From an uncultured Verrucomicrobiae bacterium (GTDB lineage: Bacteria > Verrucomicrobiota > Verrucomicrobiia > Chthoniobacterales > Chthoniobacteraceae): a stretch of DNA of 64,000 nt. This document shows positions 36,998 through 46,440 of the stretch, in pieces. Position 1 is the stretch's first letter. Each line of letters opens with the position of its first letter. The DNA lies in assembly GCA_963769025.1 (NCBI GenBank), contig CAVYKI010000003.1:480001-544000 (forward strand). The letters run 5' to 3'. The translations under genes and the position numbers were made by a program. The notes beneath the pieces are model-generated. The model did not search any database, was not told the origin of the DNA, and saw only the letters and a program-made list of their open reading frames with translations.

Positions 36998-37762
36998 ATG
37001 GAGCTCCGGAAATTCAACGTCCTCGGCGTCGCGATGAGCGCGATGAATCTCGACATCGCCACGCAGGCCGTGCTCGAGGCATGCGCGGCGCGGCGCAAGG
37101 GCTACGTGTGCGTGACGGGCGTCCACGGCATCACCGAGGCGCAGTCGGACGGTGCATTCCGCCGCATTTTGAACGGTGCATTCCTCAACACCTGCGACGG
37201 CATGCCGCTCGTGTGGGAGGGCCGGCGCGCGCATGGCGCGTGGGTGGATCGCGTGTATGGGCCCGACCTCATGCTCCGCATCATGGACGCGACGCGCGAC
37301 GGAAAGCTCACGCACTACTTCTACGGCGGCGCGCCCGGCGTGGCCAACCAGCTCAAGGCTGCGATGGAGCCGCGCTTCCCCGGCGTGCGAATCCTCGGCA
37401 CGCATTGCCCGCCCTTTCGTCCGCTCGATGAAACGGAGCGCGCCGCACTCGCCGCGGAGATCGCGGAGAAAAAACCCGACCTGTTCTGGGTCGGGCTCAG
37501 CACGCCGAAGCAGGAGCGCTTCATGGCCGAGTTCCTCCCGCTGCTGGACACGACGGTGATGCTCGGCGTCGGCGCGGCGTTCGACTTCCACACGGGCCGC
37601 ATGAAGGAGGCCCCGCGCTGGATGATGCGCTGCGGCCTGCAATGGCTCCACCGCCTGTGCAGCGATCCGAAGCGACTGTGGCGGCGCTACGGCATCATCG
37701 TGCCGAGCTACCTCTTCCGCATTTTCCTCCAGCGCACCGGGCTGAAAAAATACCCGCTCTGA
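36998..37762 (+). CDS. WecB/TagA/CpsF family glycosyltransferase
   Basis: CDGMPLVW, RVYGPDLM, WVGLSTPKQE, GVGAAFDF, GLQWLHRL..DPKRLWRRY. Confidence 0.92.
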   Translation: MELRKFNVLGVAMSAMNLDIATQAVLEACAARRKGYVCVTGVHGITEAQSDGAFRRILNGAFLNTCDGMPLVWEGRRAHGAWVDRVYGPDLMLRIMDATRDGKLTHYFYGGAPGVANQLKAAMEPRFPGVRILGTHCPPFRPLDETERAALAAEIAEKKPDLFWVGLSTPKQERFMAEFLPLLDTTVMLGVGAAFDFHTGRMKEAPRWMMRCGLQWLHRLCSDPKRLWRRYGIIVPSYLFRIFLQRTGLKKYPL

Positions 37763-37849
37763 GTTGCGCAGGCACTCTCCGCTTGCGCACGCGGGCGGAT
37801 TGCCGAGAGTTGCGGCCCTTTTCCAGACCCCGAACCCTTTCCAGACAGC

Positions 37850-38857
37850 ATGAACAAAGTCCTCGTTTGCGGCGCCGGCGGATTCATCGGCGGACACCTC
37901 GTGGCAGACCTCCGCCGCCAGGGCGTGAAGCACATCCGCGCCGTGGACCACAAGCCGGTCGGGCAGTGGTATCAGCGCTTCGACGACGTGGAAAATCTCC
38001 GGCTCGACCTGCAGGAAAAGGACGCCTGCGAGACGGCGGTGAAAGGCTGCGACTGGGTCTACAACCTCGCCGCGGACATGGGCGGAATGGGCTTCATCGA
38101 GCTGAACAAGGGCCTGTGCATGCTGAGCGTGCTCATCAACACGCACCTGCTCATGGCTGCGCGCAAGTGCGGCGGCGTCGAGCGGTTTTTCTACGCGTCG
38201 AGCGCGTGCGTTTATAACGCGGCGAAGCAGACCAACCCGAACATTACCGCGCTCGCCGAAGAGGACGCTTACCCGGCGATGCCCGAGGACGGCTACGGCT
38301 GGGAGAAGCTTTTCAGCGAGCGCATGTGCCGCCACTTTCGCGAGGACTTCGGCATCCAGACGCGCATCGCCCGCTACCACAATGTCTATGGCCCGAACGG
38401 CACCTACGACGGCGGACGCGAGAAGGCGCCCGCCGCAGTCTGCCGCAAGGTGATCGCCGCGAAGCTGGACGGGAAACACGAAATCGAAATCTGGGGCGAC
38501 GGGCAGCAGACGCGCTCGTTCATGTACATCGACGACTGCCTGCACGGCACGCAGATGCTCACGCGCTCGGATTTCATCGAGCCGATCAACATCGGCAGCT
38601 CGGAGAAAGTGAGCATCAACCAGCTCGTGGATCTCGTGGAGGAAATCGCGGGGATCAAACTTGAGCGCCGCTACAAGCTCGACGCGCCGAAGGGCGTCAA
38701 CGGACGGAACTCCGACAACACGCTGATCCAAAAAACATTCGGCTGGCAGCCGAACATCCGGCTGCGCGACGGCCTCGCAAAGACCTACGCATGGATCCAC
38801 GACGAGATGGTCTCCACGCGAAAGACCGGCCGCGCGAGCGTGGTGAACGTCGCGTAG
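37850..38857 (+). CDS. NAD-dependent epimerase, GDP-mannose 3,5-epimerase-like
   Basis: GAGGFIG, NLAADMGGMGFI, YASSACVY, PEDGYGWEKL, GGREKAPAAVCRK, GVNGRNSDN. Confidence 0.9.
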   Translation: MNKVLVCGAGGFIGGHLVADLRRQGVKHIRAVDHKPVGQWYQRFDDVENLRLDLQEKDACETAVKGCDWVYNLAADMGGMGFIELNKGLCMLSVLINTHLLMAARKCGGVERFFYASSACVYNAAKQTNPNITALAEEDAYPAMPEDGYGWEKLFSERMCRHFREDFGIQTRIARYHNVYGPNGTYDGGREKAPAAVCRKVIAAKLDGKHEIEIWGDGQQTRSFMYIDDCLHGTQMLTRSDFIEPINIGSSEKVSINQLVDLVEEIAGIKLERRYKLDAPKGVNGRNSDNTLIQKTFGWQPNIRLRDGLAKTYAWIHDEMVSTRKTGRASVVNVA

Positions 38858-38869
38858 CCGGCGACGGGA

Positions 38870-40244
38870 TCAGCGGACGAATTTTCCGGGATTCAGAATC
38901 CCCTTCGGGTCGAGCGCGGCCTTGAGCGCGGAGTGCGCGTCGCGACCGACCTTGTCCACGGCCTGCGACCACCATGGCTTCTTCGCGAGGCCGATGCCGT
39001 GCTCGCCGGTGATGACGCCGCCGATCTTCAGGATCCATGTGAAAAGCTCGTCGAGCGCGCGGTCCACCTTCGCCTTTACGCGGCGATCCCCGTGGTAGTT
39101 CGCGGCCATGATGTTCACGTGGATGTTTCCGTCGCCCGCGTGGCCGAAGCACGCGACCGGATAGCCGTATTTCTTCGCGAGGTGTTCGCCGAACTCGGCC
39201 AGCTCCACGAGCTTCCCGCGCGGGACGACGACATCCTCGTTGAGCTTCGTGAGCCCGGTTGCTTTGAGCGACGCGCTGTACGCGCGGCGCAGGCCCCAGA
39301 GCTTTTCGCATTCCTCCTCTCCGAATGCCGTGAGCACGCGGATCGTGTTGAGCTTGCGGAGCAGTTTCGCGAGCGCGGCGCACTCGCCTTTCACCGACTC
39401 CGCCTGGCCGTCGAGTTCGACCAGCACGAGCGACCTGCGCGCCGGGAGCGATCTCGCGGCCGAGAAATTCGCGCGCACTTTTCAACGTGAACGGGTCGGC
39501 GATCTCCATGGCGCACGGCAGGAAGCCCGCGGCGAAAATCCGCTGCACGGCATCCGCCGCCTCGCGGAAACTGCGGAAGCTCACGGCCAGCGTGGCGCGC
39601 GCGGGAGGATGCGGCAGCAGGCGCAGCGTCGCCTCCGTCACCACGCCGAGCAGCCCTTCGCTGCCGACGAACAGGCCCGCGAGATCGAAGCCCTGCTTGT
39701 TCTTGTGCGTGCGCCCGCCGCAGCGCAGCACGCGGCCGTCGGCGAGGACGACCTCGAGGCCGAGCACATAGTTGCGCGTCACGCCGTATTTCAGGCAGCG
39801 CGGCCCGCCGGCGTTCGTGGCGATATTGCCGCCGATGCTGCATTCCTTCAGCGACGCGGGATCGGGTGGATAGAAGAGCCCGACCTTGCGCACCTCCGCC
39901 TGAAGGTGGCCGGTGATCACGCCCGGCTGCACCACGGCGACGCCGTCGGAAAAATGGATCTCCTTGATGCGATTCATGCGCGCCACGCTCAGCGCGATGC
40001 CGCCGCGCACGGGCACGCAGCCGCCGACGTAGCCCACGCCGGAGCCGCGCGGCGTCACCGGGATGCCGTGGCGATTCGCGAAGCGCAGGGTTTTTTCCAC
40101 GTGCGCGCGCGTGCGCGCCAGCACCACGACGTCCGGATCCCGCGAGGCAAACCAGCGGTCAGCCGCATGCGCGGTGATCGTGGGCTTGTCGGTGAAGACA
40201 ACCCCGGGTCCCAGAATCCGAGCGAGCGAGGCTGCGGTGTTCAC
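38870..40244 (-). CDS. FAD-linked oxidase, GlcD/D-lactate dehydrogenase-like; frameshift near 39440
   Basis: YPPDPAS, IGGNIATNAGG, KYGVTR, GSEGLLG, FGHAGDGNIH, ITGEHGIG, DPKGILNPGK. Confidence 0.88.
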
Positions 40245-40378
40245 CGGGCGAAGGTGGTCACGGCCGTCGGCGAAGTTCCGCACGATGCCGATGAAATCGA
40301 CGGAAAACAGGAAACGCATGATGGACTTCTGATAACGCCGGCGATCAGCCGACGCAAGCTGCGGTCCGGTTGCGCCCG

Positions 40379-41098
40379 TCACCGCGGCGGGTTCGATGGC
40401 TTCAGCTCCTCCCCACCAAAGATGCGCCTGAGCACGTTTGGCTTGGGAGTTGGCGTCGGACGCGCCGCGCGACCGGCTGCGGGCTGGGAACGCCCGGCCG
40501 CAGGCGTACGGCCTGCAGCAGCAGTCCGGGACGAGGCGACGGATGCCGGCATTACCGAACTCAGGAATTCCGCCGAAGGCTCCTTTTCAAAGCCGTCGTG
40601 CGCCAGAATCTCGCCCTTGAGCGCGTGAATCGTCACGACGCCCAACTGGTCGCCAATGGGGTCCAGCACCGTCGCCCGCCAGACGGGAACATTCGCAGCC
40701 AGATCCTTCGCCATCTCGAAATTGAGTGACCCGACCTTGGCGCCGTTCGCCGCGGCAAAAAGCGCCGCGACTCGCGCGACGACGTCGGAATCGATCTTCA
40801 CCGCATCATTTCCCACGACATCAGCCGCGCTCACGGACTCGGCGAATTGCGACAGCTCGCGCGAAGCCACGACTCTGCCCCCGGCAACGACAAACTCACG
40901 CATCCCGTCCGCCAACACGGGATCATGCACGATGAAATACCACCGCTCCGGAGTGGCCACGGCGTCCCGGCCCTCGATACGGGCCAGCCGCTTCGCGGCG
41001 CCCTGGGGGATCAATTTGAGCGCACCGAGCGCAGTGCCATCGCCCTGGGCGCTGGCGACGGAAACAAATGCGAGAAAGAGAAAGCCACGGAAATTCAC
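40379..41098 (-). CDS. Secreted hypothetical protein
   Basis: GTG start with signal peptide FRGFLFLAFVSVASAQ in the C-terminal part of ORF 40379..42874; low-complexity tail. Confidence 0.65.
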   Translation of the reverse strand: MNFRGFLFLAFVSVASAQGDGTALGALKLIPQGAAKRLARIEGRDAVATPERWYFIVHDPVLADGMREFVVAGGRVVASRELSQFAESVSAADVVGNDAVKIDSDVVARVAALFAAANGAKVGSLNFEMAKDLAANVPVWRATVLDPIGDQLGVVTIHALKGEILAHDGFEKEPSAEFLSSVMPASVASSRTAAAGRTPAAGRSQPAAGRAARPTPTPKPNVLRRIFGGEELKPSNPPR

Positions 41099-41194
41099 AG
41101 GCCTGCATCTTACCGGCTGCGGCGGCGTTTTCCAGAGATCATCCTCGCGGAAAATTTCTCGACGCCACGCGCGTGGCTCGCCCACGGTTGCGGC

Positions 41195-42385
41195 ATGATC
41201 ATCAAGCCGAAGATTCGTGGTTTCATCTGCATCACCGCCCATCCGGATGGCTGCGCGGCGCATGTGCGGCAGCAGGTGGATTACGTGAAGCAAAAGGGTG
41301 CGATTGCGGGTGCGCCGAAGCGCGTGCTCGTCATCGGCGCGAGCACCGGCTACGGGCTGGCTTCGCGCATCGTGCCGGCATTCGCCGGCGGCGCGGCGAC
41401 GATTGGCGTGTTTTTTGAAAAGCCCAGCGAGGCGGACCGGTGCGGCTCGGCCGGGTGGTACAATTCCGTGGCATTCGAGCGCGAGGCGCACGCCGCCGGG
41501 CTGTATGCGAAGAGCATCAACGGCGATGCATTTTCCGACGCGGTGAAAGAGCAGGTGATCGCGATGATCAAGGCCGACCTCGGCACCGTGGACGCGGTCA
41601 TCTACTCGCTTGCTTCGCCGCGGCGCACGCATCCGAAGACGGGCACCGTTCACAAGAGCACGTTGAAGCCGCTCGGGGAGGCATACACGAACAAGACGGT
41701 GGACACGGACAAGGGCACTGTGAGCGAAATCACCATCGAGCCTGCGAACGACGCGGAGATCGCGGACACGGTCGCGGTGATGGGCGGCGAGGATTGGGAG
41801 CTGTGGATGGACGCGCTTGATGCGGCGGGCGCGCTCGCGCCGGGCGTCGTCACGGTCGCCTACAGCTACATCGGGCCGGATCTCACGTGGGCGATTTATC
41901 GCAACGGCACCATTGGACGCGCGAAGGAGCATCTCGAGGAAACGGCGGATCGCATCACGGCGAAGCTCGCGAAGCACGAGGGCCACGCGTGGGTGAGCGT
42001 GAACAAGGCGCTCGTCACGCAGGCCAGCAGCGCGATTCCCGTCGTGCCGCTCTACATTTCGCTGCTCTACAAGGTGATGAAGGCAAAGGGCCTTCACGAA
42101 GGGTGCATCGAGCAGATCTACCGGCTCTTCGCCGAGCGCCTCGCGCCGTCCGCAAAGCCGCAGCCGGACGAGGAGGGGCGCATCCGCATCGATGATTGGG
42201 AAATGCGCGCCGACGTGCAGGCGGAGGTCGCGGCGCTGTGGCCAAAGCTCACGACCGAGACGCTGCCGACGCTCAGCGACATCGCCGGCTACCGCTCGGA
42301 GTTTCTCCGCCTCTTCGGCTTCGGCATCCCAGGCATCGACTACGACGCCGAGGCCGAACCGCTCCAGCCGATGCCGAGCGCGTAG
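41195..42385 (+). CDS. fabV: Enoyl-ACP / trans-2-enoyl-CoA reductase FabV
   Basis: MIIKPKIRGFICITAHPDGC, GASTGYGLASR, INGDAFS, YSLASPRR, VMGGEDW, KALVTQASSAIP, LFGF. Confidence 0.95.
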   Translation: MIIKPKIRGFICITAHPDGCAAHVRQQVDYVKQKGAIAGAPKRVLVIGASTGYGLASRIVPAFAGGAATIGVFFEKPSEADRCGSAGWYNSVAFEREAHAAGLYAKSINGDAFSDAVKEQVIAMIKADLGTVDAVIYSLASPRRTHPKTGTVHKSTLKPLGEAYTNKTVDTDKGTVSEITIEPANDAEIADTVAVMGGEDWELWMDALDAAGALAPGVVTVAYSYIGPDLTWAIYRNGTIGRAKEHLEETADRITAKLAKHEGHAWVSVNKALVTQASSAIPVVPLYISLLYKVMKAKGLHEGCIEQIYRLFAERLAPSAKPQPDEEGRIRIDDWEMRADVQAEVAALWPKLTTETLPTLSDIAGYRSEFLRLFGFGIPGIDYDAEAEPLQPMPSA

Positions 42386-42467
42386 CCGCGGCGGCGGATT
42401 TCCCGCGCAAATCTTCCCACGGTTGCTGAGCCTCGCGGGTTCTCGTTTCACCAAACATCCCGCAGCC

Positions 42468-43784
42468 ATGACACACCGCACCGCACCGCTTTTCGTCGCC
42501 AGCCTCCTCTGCACCTCTGCATTTGCCGCTGAATGGCCGGAGTGGCGCGGCCCCGGCGGACAGGGCCACGCACCCGCCAAAAACCTGCCCGTGTCATGGA
42601 GCGACACGACCGCATTTGCGTGGAAAACCGAGATACCAGGGCGCGGGTGGTCTTCGCCCGTGATCGAGGGGAAGCAGATCTGGATGACGACCGCCATCGA
42701 GACTCCCGCTTCGCCCGAGGACGCCGCGCGCCGCCTGAAGGCAAACACCGGCGGCCAGCCGGTGACGCTTCTCGAGAAGGTGGACTTCCGCGCCGTGTGC
42801 GTGGATCGCGACACCGGCCGCATCGTGCGCGACATCCTGCTCTTCACCGAACGCGAGCCGCAGTGGGTCCACAAGATGAACAGCTACGCATCGCCGACGC
42901 CGGTCATCGAAAATGGGCGGCTCTACTGCCACTTCGGCGCCTCCGGCACCGCGTGTGTGGATGTGGAGAAAGGCGCGGTCCTCTGGAAGAACTCCGACCT
43001 CCGGGTGAACCACGAGAACGGCCCCGGAAGTTCGCCCATCGTCTGGAAGGACCTCGTGATTTTCCACCTCGACGGAAGCGACAGCCAGTTCATCGCCGCG
43101 CTCGAAAAGGCGACCGGCAAGCTCGCGTGGAAAACGGATCGCACCGGCAAGATGAACGACAATCCGCAGCTCAAGAAATCCTACGGCACGCCGCTCGTCG
43201 TCGAAGCCGGCGGAAAGCCGCAGCTCATTTCCCCGGCGGCGGACTGGCTCTACGCATACGACCCCGCGACAGGCCGCGAGCTGTGGAAGCTCCCCTACGG
43301 CCACACGGGATTTTCCATTTCGCCGCGACCGGTCGCGGGCCACGGGATGATCTACATGAGCACCGCATTCATGAAACCCGAGGTGATCGCCGTGAAATAC
43401 GAAGGCGTGAAGGAGCCGGAAATCGCGTGGCGCTATTCCAAGGGCGCGCCGAACATCCCGTCGCCGCTGCTCGTCGGCGACGAACTTTACCTCGTGAACG
43501 ACGGCGGATTCCTCACCTGCCTCGACGCGAAGACCGGCACCGAGCACTTCCGCGAGCGGCTCGGCGGCAACTACAATTCGTCCCCCATGTTTGCCGACGG
43601 GAAAATCTACATCTCCAGCCGCGAGGGGCTCACGACCATCGTGAAGCCGGGCAAGACCTTCGCGCCGGTCTCCAAGAATCAGATCTCCGGGCAGATCTAC
43701 GCCACGCCGGCGGCGCTGGACGGCGCGCTTTTCCTCCGAACGGACACGGCCATCTACCGCATCAACGCAGCCCCCGCTCCGTAG
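42468..43784 (+). CDS. Secreted PQQ-binding-like beta-propeller protein
   Basis: EWPEWRGPGGQG, IPGRGWSSPV, NSYASPTP, GSSPI, PSPLL repeats. Confidence 0.85.
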   Translation: MTHRTAPLFVASLLCTSAFAAEWPEWRGPGGQGHAPAKNLPVSWSDTTAFAWKTEIPGRGWSSPVIEGKQIWMTTAIETPASPEDAARRLKANTGGQPVTLLEKVDFRAVCVDRDTGRIVRDILLFTEREPQWVHKMNSYASPTPVIENGRLYCHFGASGTACVDVEKGAVLWKNSDLRVNHENGPGSSPIVWKDLVIFHLDGSDSQFIAALEKATGKLAWKTDRTGKMNDNPQLKKSYGTPLVVEAGGKPQLISPAADWLYAYDPATGRELWKLPYGHTGFSISPRPVAGHGMIYMSTAFMKPEVIAVKYEGVKEPEIAWRYSKGAPNIPSPLLVGDELYLVNDGGFLTCLDAKTGTEHFRERLGGNYNSSPMFADGKIYISSREGLTTIVKPGKTFAPVSKNQISGQIYATPAALDGALFLRTDTAIYRINAAPAP

Positions 43785-43832
43785 CGCTCCCGCGTCACAA
43801 ACATCTCGGCGTTGCCCGCCGGCCAACTCCTC

Positions 43833-44387
43833 ATGTCCACGCCAAACCTGCGATCTGCCTCCACGAAAATCCGGGATGCCTTTCAGGCGTTCGCAATCGC
43901 GCTTCTGCTCGCCCTTTCGCCCGGTGCCCTGCATGCCGAGCTTCCGGATATGATCAAGCGCATGGCGGACCAGTACGACAGCTCGATGAAATCCTACGAT
44001 GTCAGCATCGAGACGCAGCAGAAGCTCGCGCGCGATGCGTATTCACGAACCCTCGAAATTGAACGGAAACGGGCTGTGGCCACCAAACGTCCGGTGGCCT
44101 TGAATGCAATCGATGCCGAGATCGCAGCATTGAAAGCCGGGCCGCTCCCTGCCCAGTCAGCCGAGGGGCTGCCTCAGACGCTTGCGACCAACAGGACCGC
44201 ATTCCTTGCCGCGATGGACCGTGCGACAATCTCCGTCGAACGCGCCCGGAGGAACGCGAGAGAGAGCTATCTCAAATGGCTCAACAATCTCGAGGCGACC
44301 GTGAAGGGCCGCGACAAGACGACCGAGGACGCGGTCGCCAGCGAGCGGAAACGCATCACTCCGGCACAGGCTAGCGACGCCAAGTAG
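43833..44387 (+). CDS. Secreted all-alpha hypothetical protein
   Basis: Hydrophobic leader FAIALLLALSPGALHA then helical charged sequence; start codon uncertain. Confidence 0.55.
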   Translation: MSTPNLRSASTKIRDAFQAFAIALLLALSPGALHAELPDMIKRMADQYDSSMKSYDVSIETQQKLARDAYSRTLEIERKRAVATKRPVALNAIDAEIAALKAGPLPAQSAEGLPQTLATNRTAFLAAMDRATISVERARRNARESYLKWLNNLEATVKGRDKTTEDAVASERKRITPAQASDAK

Positions 44388-44417
44388 CATCTCTCCGGAC
44401 GGGTTTCCCGGGTAATC

Positions 44418-44440
44418 GGGCGACCCCGCGGGGGTCGCCC
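44418..44440. terminator. Perfect 10-bp hairpin between convergent genes (terminator or REP remnant)
   Basis: GGGCGACCCC-GCG-GGGGTCGCCC. Confidence 0.5.
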
Positions 44441-44466
44441 TTCAACTACAGCCCGTCAATTCCCGC

Positions 44467-45499
<1,033 letters not shown>

Positions 45500-45578
45500 G
45501 GTGGAAGGTTGTTCGAGAGGGCGCGGAGGCTACCCTCGGGCACCTGCGAGGCAATGCGAAATTCGCCCCGCGCCGGGC

Positions 45579-46274
45579 CTACGCGTCGAGCCGGTATCCG
45601 AGTCCATGCACCGTCAGGACATGCCGCGGCTCTCCGGGTTCGTCCTCGATCTTCTGCCGCAGCTTCACGACCAGCTGATCGAGCGTGCGCGTGGTGCCGT
45701 AGTATTCGATGCCCCAGACTTCGTTCAAAATGCGATCCCGTGACACGGCGTTGCCCAGCTCGCGGTGCAGCAGCGCGAGCACGCTCAGTTCGCGCGGCGT
45801 GAGCTCGAACTTTTCCTTCCCGCGCGTGCCGCGCAGCGCTTTCGTATCGACGCGCACTTTGCCAAACTTGATCTCCTCCGGCACTTCGCTCGCGGGCGCG
45901 GTTGCAAAATCCGCACGCCGCAGCAGCGCCTGCACGCGCGCGAGAAGCTCGCGGAGCGAAAACGGCTTCGTCACGTAGTCATCCGCGCCGAGTTCGAGGC
46001 CGACGACCTTATCGATCTCCTGCCCCTTTGCGCTGAGCATGAGGATGGGCACGCGGCTCTTCGTCGCGCGGATTTCGCGGCAGATGTCGTAGCCACTCTT
46101 GCCGGGGAGCATGATGTCGAGCACGACGAGGTCGGGCTTGCGCTGCTTGAAGAGCGGCAGCGCCTCGCTGCCCGAGCAACAGTCGGTGACATCGTAGCTT
46201 TCCGCGCGCAGCGCCTCGCACAGCCCGAGCCGGATGTGGGCGTCGTCCTCGACGATCATGACGTGCTTTTTCAA
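45579..46274 (-). CDS. OmpR-family response regulator
   Basis: IVEDD, VVLDIMLP, GADDYVTKPF, RTLD...LRQKIE, TVHGLGYR. Confidence 0.95.
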   Translation of the reverse strand: MKKHVMIVEDDAHIRLGLCEALRAESYDVTDCCSGSEALPLFKQRKPDLVVLDIMLPGKSGYDICREIRATKSRVPILMLSAKGQEIDKVVGLELGADDYVTKPFSLRELLARVQALLRRADFATAPASEVPEEIKFGKVRVDTKALRGTRGKEKFELTPRELSVLALLHRELGNAVSRDRILNEVWGIEYYGTTRTLDQLVVKLRQKIEDEPGEPRHVLTVHGLGYRLDA

Positions 46275-46278
46275 AACA

Positions 46279-46440
46279 GTTGAGAGTTGAGGGTTGAGAA
46301 TTGGGAGGCACTGCCAGTTCGCAAGCGCAGGCCGGTCGCCGTCCTGATCTCGATTGAACTGTGAGCGGGGAAAATTGCACGCATGGCTTCAGACAGCTTT
46401 CTACTCTCAGCACTCAGCTCGTAACACTCAACTTTTCAGC
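46279..46440. repeat. Inverted heptamer element (GTTGAGR / YCTCARC) between histidine kinase and regulator
   Basis: GTTGAGA GTTGAGG GTTGAGA at 46279-46299; degenerate complementary arm CTCTCAGCACTCAGC...ACTCAAC at ~46404-46432. Confidence 0.6.
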
